From: Haliotis rufescens
Taxonomy: Eukaryota
Direction of reading: 5' to 3'
NCBI RefSeq assembly: GCF_023055435.1
Contig: NW_025963779.1
Location: 36,704,331-36,768,000, forward strand
DNA length: 63,670 bases
The position numbers and the translations under genes are program-made. Shown one piece after another: positions 37,052 through 50,450 of this stretch. Within the stretch, counting starts at the first letter, position 1. Every line of letters starts with the position of its first letter. A model generated the notes under the pieces. That model worked only from the letters and a program-made list of their open reading frames with translations. It was not told the DNA's origin and ran no database searches.

Positions 37052-38002
37052 ATGCTAAAGAGTATGGGAGTTCTGATAGTCATCGCGCTGAAAGCCAGTG
37101 AGTGCAATAATACTACAGGCCACGATACCATACATATCCCAGAATAGAAACGCCAAGGCAATGAACTGGAAAGATTTCTAAATATAATGAAAAAAAGCCC
37201 CTAAATCTGGATTCAGAAAAATCCTGTCATTACTGTCCCAAAAAGTACATATTTTGATTCATCATGTATCGCAATACGTCTGTAGCATATCAAAGGGTAC
37301 GTATTGCAGTCCTTCAGAGTTTAGGTGTATTGGTTTACCTATATAATGAAAAGACAAGGTCACTTTGTGGAACAGGGCCCAGTTTGATTAGCACCAGCAT
37401 TACTGCCTGCTTCATAGCTTCTAACTCGTGCAGTAAGTTACTTAAACTGTGTAAGATGTTTGTGATGGCAAAGTGTTTTTGAAGGATTCACATCATCGAT
37501 ATCTCAGTAGGGCTGTAAGGATTTACTGAACATATTGTGAAGTCATGCATGATGCCAAATTGTAACGCCATATATATGCAATGTATTTTGATTCAGTGGA
37601 ATGACAGTGAACATACATGATATAAGGTTGATTTTCTTGTGTTTGAACAACAGCTGTTATGCAGTTACATGTTTAACAGACTCAAGTTCACTCTGCCTGT
37701 CAAACATGACAATATGGAAGTATCATGTTCCTGTGAGTGAGTGAACTTTACATTAATCATGCCAGTTAGCATGTTTTTGTGTGTGCTGGTGTTGAGATAT
37801 CGGACATTGTGCTTCAGTGACACCAAGCTTTACTCTCTCCTGATTAAAGCTGTTGATATGCAAACTGAATGACATAGCCAATTATAAATTGTACATAACA
37901 TTCTCGGTCATATTATACTCAACTATTTTTTACTTCAAAATAATGACTTGTGTCAATCTTTGTGAAATAAATTTACTAATATTGTACATGTGTTGTGTTA
38001 AC

Positions 38003-39380
38003 ATGTTGGTGCAGAAGTCCCACTCCTTGTGCCAGCAAGATGCTGAATAGCATGGTTAGTGCAGAGGTCCCACACCTTGTGCCAGCAAGATGCTGAACAG
38101 CATGGTTAGTGGTGAGGTCCCACTCCTTGTGCAAGCATGGTTAGTGCAGAGGTCCCACTCCTTGTGCCAGCAAGATGCTGAACAGCATGGTTAGTGCAGA
38201 GGTCCCACACCTTGTGCCAGCAAGATGCTGAACAGAATATTTAGTGCAGAGGTCCCACACCTTGTGTCAGCAAGATGCTGAATAGCATTGTTAGTGCAGA
38301 GGTCCCACTCCTTGTGCCAGCATGGTTAGTGCAGAGGTCCCACTCCTTGTGCCAGCAAGATGCTGAACAGAATGGTTAGTGCAGAGGTCCCACACCTTGT
38401 GCCAGCAAGATGCTGAACAGAATGGTTAGTGCAGAGGTCCAAAACCTTGTGCCAGCATGGTTAGTGCAGAGGTCCCACTCCTTGTGCCAGCAAGATGCTG
38501 AACAGAATGGTTAGTGCAGAGGTCCCACACCTTGTGCCAGCAAGATGCTGAACAGAATGGTTAGTGCAGAGGTCCAAAACCTCGTGCCAGCATGGTTAGT
38601 GCAGAGGTCCCACTCCTTGTGCCAGCAAGATGCTGAACAGAATGGTTAGTGCAGAGGTCCCACTCCTCGTGCCAGCAAGATGCTGAACAGAATGGTTAGT
38701 GGTGAGGTCCCACTCCTCGTGCCAGCATGGTTAGTGCAGAGATCCCACTCCTTGTGCCAGCAAGATGCTGAACAGAATGGTTAGTGCAGAGGTCCAACAC
38801 CTCGTGCCAGCATGGTTAGTGCAGAGATCCCACTCCTCGTGCCAGCAAGATGCTGAACAGAATGGTTAGTGGTGAGGTCCCACACCTTGTGCCAGCAAGA
38901 TGCTGAACAGAATGGTTAGTGCAGAGGTCCCACACCTCGTGCCAGCATGGTTAGTGCAGAGGTCCCACTCCTTGTGCCAACAAGATGCTGAACAGAATGG
39001 TTTGTGCAGAGGTCCTACTCCTCGTGCCAGCAAGATGCTGAACAGAATGGTTAGTGCAGAGGTCCCACTCCTTGTGCCAGCAAGATGCTGAACAGCATGG
39101 TTAGTGCAGAGGTCCCACTCCTTGTGCCAGCATGGTTAGTGCAGAGGTCCCACGTCTAGTGCCAGCAAGATGCTGAACAGAATGGTTAGTGCAGAGATCC
39201 CACTCCTCGTGCCAGCAAGATGCTGAACAGAGAGGTTAGTGCAGAGGTCCCACACCTCGTGCCAGCAAGATGCTGAATAGAATGGTTAGTGCAGAGGTCC
39301 CACACCTCGTGCCAGCAAGATGCTGAACAGAATGGTTAGTGCAGAGGTCCCACACCTCGTGCCAGCAAGATGCTGAATAG
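38003..39380. repeat. 50/35-bp minisatellite between SPG21 and MRPL34
   Basis: Unit CATGGTTAGTGCAGAGGTCCCACTCCTTGTGCCAG, with or without CAAGATGCTGAACAG. Confidence 0.95.
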
Positions 39381-39626
39381 ATCCAGAATTGAAATCATGA
39401 CAGAAATGAAGCACAAGAAAGCTCCCTTCTGATTGGTCAATCCATTGGACGGTCAAAGTTTGGCGCAAGGTCATTCTGATGTGACCCGTAATGGGATGTC
39501 CTCAGATCTTTGTTTAGCGGTAGCGAGAACAAAGATCTGATTTTAACGAGATTGGACTTAGATTCCAATTTATTGATCGTTTACTTAATGATTCGATGAA
39601 ATTTTGATGTGTAAAAAAACTGATTA

Positions 39627-39946
39627 CCGTATTCGATGTAATAAGCGCCCCGCTCTAATAAGCGCCCACGGCGATATTTGCTAATATATTGGCTAGTGAA
39701 CAATCCCAATTGGCACCCCTTCCGATTGACCAATGTACACAAGACTTATAAGCACTCGTGTGTTATATGCACCCTTGATTATGGGCAATTAAATTCTGGA
39801 AAAATGTATCTGTCATACATAAACATTTCAGGCTGTCAGCATAAACCACGAAATTTATCTTTCAACTCTGTTTTTTTCACCAAAATAATATTCTAATAAG
39901 AGCCCCCTATTTCTAATTTTGAGAGCGCCTATTGCGTCGAATACAG
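39627..39946. mobile_element. Tc1/mariner(pogo)-like MITE with TA TSD
   Basis: TA|CCGTATTCGATGTAATAAGCGCCC...GCGTCGAATACAG|TA; second copy at 61428-61776. Confidence 0.8.
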
Positions 39947-40262
39947 TACTCAATGTTCTTATAGACTTGAAAGTGCTTAAATTTAACACTGTTCAATGAG
40001 AAGTACCGGTACTTACAAGTAGCACTTACCATTTCTCAAACAAACTGCTTAAAAAGTGCTGGAATTCAATGAACAGTGTGGAGCATTCAGTGACTAGTTT
40101 GCTCAACTAAGAAAATACGGAACTATAAACTGTTGAAATGATTATTCTGAAGTAAAAAGAGTTTCATATGAAATTTCAGGAGACTTGTTAGCCTATTTTG
40201 GAATGAACATTAAGACAGGTTTTTGTCTTTGAAGAGAGCTTGAGTTTGGACCTTAAATATCT

Positions 40263-40510
40263 ATATGAACCCTGTTTCTGCAGGGGGTGTATTCTAGTAG
40301 AGGCAATGGTTCCGAGTGAACCCTGTTTCTGCAGGGGGTATATTCTTGGACCTTAACTATCTATATGAACCCTGTTTCTGCATGACGTATATTCTAGGAG
40401 AGGCTATGGTCCAGAATGAACCCTGTTTCTGCATGGGGTATATTCTAGGAGAGCCTATGGTCCGGAGTGAACCCTGTTCCTGCATGAGGATATTCTACGA
40501 GAGGCTATGA
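40263..40510. repeat. ~51-bp degenerate minisatellite, about 5 copies
   Basis: Recurrent GAACCCTGTTTCTGCA...TATTCTAGGAGAGGCTATGG. Confidence 0.85.
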
Positions 40511-40886
40511 TTCCAAGTAACCAGATACCAAGCAATGATGTGACCTCTGCTTGCTGGGGTATCAGTCATCTTAAACACTGATACCAAGCAACTCCAACAC
40601 TGTCAAATAAGATGTGCACAGTATTGTACATAACATATGTCAATAGTTGCATAAATGTCCAGACATGGCATATGAAATGATGAAAATGTTAGTCTAACAT
40701 TGAACAGACTTTTATTCCATCAGAAGGGTTCAATCTTCCCATGTTAACACATTTTCAATGAACAAATGACACAAACGATGAAGGAAATAACTTTAATGAA
40801 GTCCATCCATATCTTCCATTCACTTCATGCAAAATAGCTATCACAAAATCACTCAATGTTGGCCTTCTAACGACTATATAGTTCCC

Positions 40887-42754
40887 TCAGAGCCATTTGG
40901 CAGCTTTAGGTAATATTCTGCCTTTAATAGATCCCCTTAGCAGTCTCTCATAAGGAGCAAGAGAGTGCCTCCCTTTAAGGAATCGTCTCCAGAGTATGTG
41001 AATACCATTATCCGAATGCAGCCTCTGGTGGATGCCATGTTTGTTGATGCGCTTCCATGCACTTGGGTTATAGAGTGGCTTGACCTTCCTCCCTCTCACA
41101 GACTGGACACACACACTGGCCCACTGACACTGACCAGGGGCTGGACACTCATTGTTCAGGGTTGACACACCAGTGGTTAAGAGAGTCCGAGAAGACAACT
41201 GCTGTGTCTGTGAGAAGCACTTTGTGGTTGGTTGGGCAAAAATTGCAGATGACAAACGTGATAACAATCTGAAACAAACACAGAATACCATCCTCAATTA
41301 TTCAGCGTGACATATCTCTTGACTATATTTTGATATATACTATGAACCCATGTGCCTCCATCATGTCCATAGCTTCGTTTTGGGGCTGGTTTGAATAACA
41401 TGATACTAAAAATAAATGTCCAATCAATTTACAGAGTTCTTCTAATGATAAAAACAAGCAGCAATAACTTATATTTTGTGCCTTCACAAATAAACCAGAA
41501 AGTCTTGCAGCTTAAAAATCCTTCCCCCCCCCACATTTTAGTCCTCAGGAAACATCTGTTACAGCTAAAATATTGTTTATAACAGTCTTGTGATTTGTTT
41601 AAATACATAGAGGATATTTCATGTGTCAAGTAAAATATCTTACTTCTCTCATCATGTGACGGGGATGAAGGGGGATATTTTTACGAGTGACATGGCCACG
41701 AGTGAAAATATCTCCTTTTCCCCCCATCACAGGATCTGAAGATGAGAGAAACATGATATTTCACAAGACATATGGAATAACCTATCTAGTATATACTTTT
41801 TGTGTAGGTGTCCACTGGAAAATTAAATTATTTCATTAAAAATGTAAACGCACAGGGATGGCTCACCACCCCTTGTGTTTATGACTTAAAAAGTAGTTTT
41901 GTGTTTGCAAAATCTTAAACAACATTAACAAAAGTATAAAAAAATATTATAGGTCACAAAAATTCTTTATCATACATTTAAACATGATTATATACAAAAT
42001 CAACTTTAAGTAACAAAAATTATTCTTCAAAACTAGGAGACCGCTGTTGGAAGCGAAAGAATACACGCTGGTCAAGTAACAAAAATGGTGCTTTGCGAAA
42101 CGAACAGTCTCGATTGACGAGTTATGCAGAAATTTACAGTTTATAACAAAAGAGGGGATTGGGGGATGAAAAATTGACAAGTCCAAATTTACTACCATGG
42201 TACCCGACCCACATTACCTGACCCAACCCGGGTGACCTGCTGTAGGTCTCAAGAGTTGGGTACAAAATGTCTGATTGGTAACTGTTTCACTGAAGCCCTA
42301 GCAAAAACAATTAAGATGCACATATAAAACTATCTGATCATGCATACAAATGCATGAAGTTGACAGAAGCTTTCAGACCTGTCAGGGCCTCATCAAGACA
42401 ATGGGGGATATTTGACTTTAAAATGGAGGAAATTTGCCTCCTAATAGTGATGATAAAATAATTTACAACTTTTAATTTTTTAAGAAAACAAAGTATTTAA
42501 AAAACAATACATACTAAATTACTTGTGCATACAAATGGCTTAATTTCTGTGTGAATGTCATCGTATCCAAATTGCATAGATTGATGCTTATGATATCAAT
42601 CACTGGATTATCTGGTCCAGACTCGATTATTTACAGACCACTGTCCTATGGCTGGAATATTGCTGAGTGTGGCGTTAAACAATAAACAAGCAAGCACTTT
42701 AATTCAAAGATCATCTCAGATATTGAAAACGAATGATCAGTAGCTTGACCAGCT

Positions 42755-42809
<55 letters not shown>

Positions 42810-43000
42810 GTTGGTTGGTTGGTTGTTTAACACCGCACTCAGCAATATTCCACATATTATATGATGGCGGTCTGTAAATAATCGAGTCTGGACCAGACAA
42901 TCCTGTGATTAATATCATGAGCATCGACCCACCCAATTGGGATCGATGACATGCATCAACCAAGTCAGTGAGCCTGACCACCCGATCCCATTAGTCGCCT

Positions 43001-43044
<44 letters not shown>

Positions 43045-43356
43045 AGAGCAGTAATCAGCAACCAGCTGGTAATCTAAAATATAAAGTGCATTTGGTAAAG
43101 TGAATGTCAACAATATTATCTCAATAAACATGACTTAATGACAATAATCTTCAAATTTACTTTCCAAAAACTATTGCCCTAAAGGGGGGTAACTCTAAAA
43201 TACATCTAAGGTGTGACATGCTCTGTATCATAAATTGACACAGCCAATTTAATATCAAAAGAGATACGAAATCAACAGTTTATGCGTCATACAAACACGT
43301 TGGAAAGATGATACTGATAAAATTGCATGTTATACCGAATATACATACCTCCACAT
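40887..43356 (-). CDS. MRPL34: Mitochondrial ribosomal protein bL34m, 129 aa, 2 exons
   Basis: Exon 43356-43349 (ATG TGG AG|GTATGT) plus exon 41268-40887. An R/S/L-rich presequence (MWRLLSRLSSAIF...) precedes YNPSAWKRINKHGIHQRLHSDNGIHILWRRFLKGRHSL, the L34 signature (YQPSxxKRxxKHG...RRxLKGRxxL). The 8-nt first exon is inferred from phase and splice signals. Confidence 0.88.
41607..41789. repeat. ~180-bp imperfect palindromic (foldback) element
   Basis: Arms ATAGAGGATATTTCATGTGTC...AAATATC...TCTCTCATC...GGGGA...GATATTTTTAC are mirrored by GTGAAAATATC...TCCCC...GATGAGAGA...GATATTT...GACATATGGAATA...CTAT around the centre at about 41690. Confidence 0.65.
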
Positions 43357-43660
43357 GTTTCCACCCTAGACGTTCCCAATCAGATTACAACTTCCTCTGA
43401 GTGCGCGAACTATTTTCCGCGTACTAATTTTGTCAAATGATTTTTACTATGGAAGATTCTATGACAAATATTGCAACACAAAACTAACTCAAATCATTAC
43501 TAGTTTAGGTACCTATACTACACGAAAGAGTCAATCGTTTGTGTAATAAAATAAGACCTTAGTTAGCGAACTATTTGCAGGAAGTGGAATGACAAAAATT
43601 GGAAGTAGTTATAAGGATAAACATGGAGATGCCGTAAACAACTTTGACAGCGGTGTATGT
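43357..43660. promoter_or_regulatory. Probable bidirectional promoter of MRPL34(-) and ABHD8(+)
   Basis: Directly upstream of the MRPL34 ATG, with several ACTTCC/GGAAGT motifs and CCAAT at about 43376. A plus-strand GTATGT donor near 43655 could splice to the acceptor before the first ABHD8 coding exon (about 50383). Confidence 0.45.
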
Positions 43661-44045
43661 ATGTTTCATTTTAATCAAATTTAGAAACAGTTAGATTATT
43701 TTTATTCAACGTTGCTGTTGGTAATGGTGTGGCAGATGTAGTTCTTGAGAGCAAATATTTACCAAGGAGTCTATGTATCTGCAAGCCAGGAGGCCTAGCC
43801 TATCTAGACTAATTAATCTGGGATATGGGCCTAATTGGATCTATGCAATAATTATATCGTCGGAGCATATTTTTTCGGACGGCCATGGTTATCGCGATGA
43901 CTAGCGCTATAACGGGGGGTGTAGCACCACAAAGACATTGTAAATAATCAGAAGATCGGTTGTTTTTAAGGGAAAGTTGTGTAATAAGTGAATGAATTTT
44001 TTACAGCTGTTCATGTGATTAGAGAGACAAACGAATGTTTCTTAA

Positions 44046-46128
44046 AGGGGCACTGATCTAACGGACTGGTTGTTGCCTTTGTTATTGTTTTTCCCCCGTG
44101 AGTACCCGGATGATACGCAACGCAACTGAGCGTGACCAGAGACTGGGGTACCGTCTACAAGGACAGCTAAATAAACTCGGAGGCTGGAGGCAATATTTGT
44201 TTTACGCATTTTCGAACACTGATTGGTTAACTGTGATCTATAAAGATTTCGACAAAGGGCGCATGTTAATTCATTTCTTCAGCCTAAACAAACAGACAAA
44301 AAGAACAAGGTAGCTCATCGGATGTCGTCATTTGGAAATACCCCAGATGGTTATAGTTTAATACTAAAAACAGTATCCATGCAGTGAAAGCATTTTCGGA
44401 TTTCCGATTGCGTCGATAATACGATTACTACTCCCTTGTTGTCATCCACGTTTTCTCGTATAACCCTACACTTGTGTATTTGTCGTCATTCACTTGATGC
44501 TCAGTTAATGAATTTATTACAGGTACAATTAGTGGTAGCACCACTTATATTACCTGACAAAGGTTCCCATTTGGCATTCATTGTGTCTGGGGTAATTATT
44601 CAATCGAAATCCAGGTTTGAAGTGAGGTGAAATGTGTGTTATGTAATATGCACATGGCAGCCCAGCAAGAGATGAATGATCAGTTGATTTACTTTTTTTG
44701 TAAATCAGCGGATCGTTCGTAGTCATCAAAGGATTAACAGAAAATACATTGATTGATTAATCACTGTTATCTTGCCCGGTGGATATGTCAAAATTGAGTG
44801 TTTACATGTCTAGGTTTACTAAAACTTTTTAACAAAGGGAATACATTCATATCATGGCGTGAAGTGCCGATGTAAAAACAACATACTTTGTTCAAAGGGT
44901 TTACCGATAATACGTTGATTAATTGCTCATTGTTATCTAACTCAATGGATTTTTTTAGGAACCGTGGACGTTATGAAAATAGTTGTCACATGGGCTTTCT
45001 CAGCCGACCTTTGAGACTTGACACCTATGTGAAACACCTGAAACAATCTAAGTGATCAGTTGAGAAACGAACACAGGTTATAATATCCCGAAACGATACA
45101 TATATATTTTAAAATATTTGATTCTTACAGAGACACGTAACATCGAATACATTTCCTTGTACAGCTGCAGACATTTGGGATATTGTTCCTTTGTGTGGAT
45201 ATTCACGATACATTCCTTGAACAAGGAAGCTGCCTAAAATTATACACATAAATTTGGTAGGTTGTAATTATGATATTCGCATTTTGTTTTCCTTCATTTG
45301 AAACGATTCGTTCTTGTTTCTCTACGTCTTGGTTGGGAAATTCTTCGATGAGTGATAAACGTTGTTTTCACAAGTCTTTTCCTTTGTATATTACAGTCAA
45401 TTTGTAAAATGTGATTCTCTCAGGCAATTTATAAAATGTGTAAATATTTCAGTCATTTTGACTGAAAAATCTGTCCATTTCTTTAACAGATTGACCAAAA
45501 TTGATTAAGACGATCAATAGGGCCTAAAAACATCACAATAGATTATCATGTAGGATTAGAAGCCAAACAATATAGAAATGTACTTTTCATCGTAACATTT
45601 TCAGTCTCTTGGTGATGATATTAAACATACAAATGTTTGGAATTCGTTGTCATAATAATACAGATTGACATATTTTTCAGTCAATTTGTAAAATAACTGA
45701 ATATTTAGGCGTTTAATAAATTTCCTAAGTGAAAATTTTGCACATTTTGACTGTAAAAATATAAATAAATAAATAAAATAAGCAATGCTCAGGAGAAATA
45801 TTTACTTTGTATTGCAAGTTAAAATAGTGTAAACGAAAATCGCACAATTACCAAGCAAGTGACTTATCAAAACTTCGTCACCATTACCGATGCTACCCAC
45901 AAAGATACCTACATTTCCTTATTATTTCCAAAACTGTATTTCATTTTGTTGATCAATGTGACCATACGCCCTTATACTATCAATAAAAGTGACAAATGCG
46001 CTTACGAATTGCGCAGCACAGGTTGCGAACTAGTCTAGGTTTCTGTTCTATCATCCGGGTACTCACGGGAAGAAACAATAACAAAGGCAACACCCATTCC
46101 CGGGGAATTGCTTTAGATCAGTGCCCCT
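44046..46128. mobile_element. ~2.1-kb non-autonomous DNA transposon with TTAA TSD (Kolobok-like)
   Basis: TTAA|AGGGGCACTGATCTAA...TTAGATCAGTGCCCCT|TTAA, plus subterminal inverted block GTTGCCTTTGTTATTGTTT...CCCGTGAGTACCCGGATGATA. Purine-purine termini with TTAA fit Kolobok rather than piggyBac. No transposase ORF seen. Confidence 0.85.
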
Positions 46129-49100
46129 TTAAGACAAGCATATAATCAAACTCTATACAGGAAAAACGTCGATCCCAGGACTCCACTCAATCACTGGCAC
46201 AGAATCATAGGGACAGTGAGAGTACATTCTACCCAAATGACCACACAGTTGGCTTAACAAGACATTGTAACTAAAAGCTCCAAAGTAGGCAAATAAGATG
46301 CTATTGTAATTTGTAATGATTAGTAAGAAAGTAATGATAAGTATGAAAGACTTACCAGTTTTGTCAACTATAGCAACCAACACATTCCAATCTGTACAGT
46401 GAGTAAAACTATGTCAGATAGAGTGTAGGTAAATTATTCCTTTGAGCCTATGAAGGAACTATGACAGATGTTGGAACATAAGGGACTAATGCAAAATAAT
46501 TCTCTGAGAAAGAATGATGCTGTTGCTGTAACACAGGATGCATGGTCCTCTTATTCCTGCCTTCCAGTACAACCATCCTCGATTATCCAGTGCTTGATAT
46601 ATCTCTCCATTCTACTATACCCTGGACCCATTGGTTACCACAGCTTCATAGTGAGCTTGACACTTTGTGAGAGATGAGACAGTGAACAGGGTGAAGTCAC
46701 TTCTGAAACAATGCTACAGACACAATGGACATGATGGAGGCAATTTGGTCTAGGGTTTTTATCATAATTATTTACTGATATTGCATCCTCCAGTATACAT
46801 ATTTCCTGAAATGTATATATGAGATTTTGATTTTAATAAATTAAAAAGAATCCTATTATCTAATCATGCTAATGTCAAAGTAAGCCCTATCTCTTTATGA
46901 AGATGATAATAAAATTATGACATTAGTATTATGAAAAGGTACCTTTGGCTTTCATTCTTATTATCCATCACTGAAGTCCCCTGCCCTGAAGTAAGCAAGC
47001 AAACATGGCTCAAGCATATCGGTATAGGCATGATTAGGTGGAATTGTGTACTGTATCAGAATCAGCTTGATTGGCGTGACCGTTGTCTGACACTCAACTG
47101 CTCAAATGAGGCATGATGACTGACCTGGAGGGCAGTGCCAAAGTAGCCCTGGCAGCAGAAAATCTACTTATTGTCCTCACCTTCGTTAGCCTTGTTTAGT
47201 CCTATGGACTTCCTGCAATAGGCAGCTTGTTGACACAGAGAAGCTTACTCTGTGAACCCCGTGAAACAGTTTGGAGGTTGGTCCACAAATGTGATAAGAG
47301 GTTTATGTTCCTCTTTGTTTGCATTATTTCTTGTCATACAACATAATTTAAAAAGAAGTTTTAACTCATGTTTTGGCATTTTTAAAATTATCTTTGTGCC
47401 AAGTATATTTTTGCCACACCAATAGAGGTAGACACCATTGATCCTTGAGCTAGCACGCAGATTGTTGCAGCCAGTGTTTTTTTTGTAAAATGGGGTAGTG
47501 GCCATGTCTGTGTCTGTTGAACTGCATATTACCACCTGTAGACTGTCAGTCCAAGCATTGAGATAATACACATGACAAACATTTAATATCTGTAGCCAGG
47601 AGCTTAATCATTGTCTGTGTAACACTCAATAATCTACAATAATACAGTGTTTAAAAATGAATATGTTTGAAGCAATGGACTTAGCTTATCTATGAGCTGT
47701 GTGGAACTGGAATGCTTTTTTATGTTTCATCATGTTTATATGGGTAACAAACAATAATTAACTTCCACATTCCTGGGGGAAGCTCTTAGAATTCCCTAGC
47801 ACTAATACATACAGAAGCATTGTTTCTGATCATTTAGACCCTTTAATCTTGAACTCAGCCTTTTTGTATACATTGAGAGAGTTTGACTGCATGATGGTTC
47901 ATGAGTATCCTCGCTACAAACCCATCCTGGTGAACAAAATGAAGAAATGCACATACAAACTATTGTAGTATCGACTTGATCTGTGTCTAATTTGATAGTG
48001 GCAGTCTACAGCAACTATGTATTTACCTTAGTATCTATTTGACACATCTAAATAATCACCTTTCAATAATCGGCTAACTGATCAATGATGACCAACACAT
48101 GTTACCACCACAGAGTCATTTACAACTTCGGAAGTCTCTCCTGTCATGTTTATCGTGTCTGCCATTTTGACATCTTGGATGTAAATGTATTACGACACGC
48201 TGTCATTGTGACTGACTTACTGAGGTTGATCTAAACACCCCTTTCTCACCCAATGCTGATATTATTTGAATACTGAAAGAATGACCTGATTCAATGATGC
48301 TACAGTAACTATGAAGAAGTCTATCTTTAACCAGGGGTGCATGTACATGATCATGATGATGTGGGATGGGTGTCACCATGTGGCTGATCATGTTTGCGAT
48401 CTGTTAGCAACGTCAACTGTGGCTCACTTTGTCTTGGCACTCTGGGAATAAGTTTATCAACATGGAAGTCATTGTTGAACCTAATATGGCAGGTATAATA
48501 ATTATAGCAAATATATAAGGATTTACATAACCAGGATTTATTCCAAAATAAGTTCCCTTGGCAGGTCAACTGGGAAGAAATTGATATTTTGGTTGAAATT
48601 GGGATTGGCTTAAAGTTCTTATTTGCTACTTTTCAGAGGTATTTTAACAGCTTTGTAACATTGATTTTGATACAGTAATGTAAAAATAGGCCTCTTCCTC
48701 TTTTTTGATCCTGTTATCTGTGGAAAATAAGTCACCTTGGAGAAGACTATAAATAAGCTATAACTATATTTATATGAAATAGCATCTTTATAATTCCCTA
48801 TTAGGAATTTTTGCCGACAAGAACTGATGACTTTGGGCAAGTCTAGATAAATTCCTTCATAAGTAATCATGGTAATAAAAAAAGTTATTTCTCTTGAATA
48901 ATGTTTATCAAGTACCGGTAATAATAATCCCATACTTAACATGCTAAAGTATATGTTGATCCCATCCTGATCAATGCGTGTGTTTGAGGTTGACTAAGCT
49001 TATAACATGTATAAGATTAAATCCTGTGTGCAGTCATTGGTCATGTTCACCTTGCCCAGCCCAGATATTACTAAGCATGCTAAGAGCAGCGGTCCTCGTG

Positions 49101-49443
49101 AGTTTTGATTTTTAAGCAGGTTGAGATATACCTGTGAAATGATGAATCTGTCCCAATTATATCTATCATATTTGTCATATACTGAACTTTTATCTCGACT
49201 TTACTGAGTCATGAAGAGTGAAGAAGAGCAGTGATAGATCGCCATGATCATAGATTTATCTAGACCTGCTCAGAGACCGATATTCGGCCCGAAGTCTGCA
49301 GCAAATGTCATTTATTATTCCCAATTTGGAACTAAACATTTCCCACTTCTATGTACGATATATATAACTAATAAATATTTTTATGGCTTTGTAGAAGTAA
49401 CCTGTATTCACTTATAACAAAGAAATAGGAATAGGTTTCTTAT

Positions 49444-49825
49444 TAGGGCTGAGATGATTCCAAATTTACTATCTGGGTACCCGACCTCCTATTACCCGAC
49501 CCTACCGGGGTACCCTCTGTAGGTCTCAAGAGTTGGGTACAAAATGTCAGATTTGGGACTTTGTTTTACTGCAGCCCTGGTAAAAACTGTTTAGGTACAC
49601 ATATAACATGTATAAAGTGATCTGATCATGCATGAATGAAGCCTTATCTTTACTCAATGATATACAAGTCAAAAGGAATGTGTGCATCATCAGAAAGAAA
49701 TGGGAACATAAGCGACTTGTATTGTAACCACTGAGCTATGGATACTCTTTGTCATGAAACAATCTATCATGTGACTACTCAGGACCATCCTGACCCTAGC
49801 GCCTGAGTTACCCACTCCAGCCCTA
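49444..49825. mobile_element. hAT-like MITE, relative of 3777-4187
   Basis: TAGGGCTG...CAGCCCTA termini; shared internal GTAGGTCTCAAGAGTTGGGTACAAA; degenerate 8-bp TSD tttcttat/tttgtgat. Confidence 0.75.
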
Positions 49826-50450
49826 TTTGTGATATATTATTACTTTAAATGCAATTTTAAAATACCTCTGAAAGATTAACTTTAAAAAATTCCCAATTTT
49901 GAAGAAAATAATGATTTTTCCCAATTTGCCTGCCAGGAGCACTTAGTTCAGTCTCCCAGATAAGCCCCTGATGAGAGCTGATTTTGAGTCAAGCCAGTTA
50001 CTTTGTACATGTTGTATAGGTTCCTCTAAATCAATATGGCAGTGTGGTTATCCAGTGGTCAGTGTTTCGTTTGTCACACCACTGACCGAGGTGGTGTCTG
50101 ACACATGCTTGGAGATGTCCATGAGTTTACTTCTCTGTGATCATGCTGGACTATTGCTGGACTATTGCTGGACTATTGCTGGACTATTGGTCGAAGCAGA
50201 GTGTAGCCATACCCACACACCTACTTTATCATAATTCATTAACTGGTGTTAATACTTATTATTTAAGACCCAGGAGAATATTATGTAATATCAACTCACT
50301 GACTATTATTTTCATAATCAGGTGTTGCTTGTTATTGCTTAGAACCCTGGAGAATATTATGGAGGACTTGTGTTTTGTTGCAGAGGCTGCTGTCCCGTGT
50401 ACCAGATGGAGAGAGTGGACTGACACAGTGAGACCCGCCTCTCTATCACC

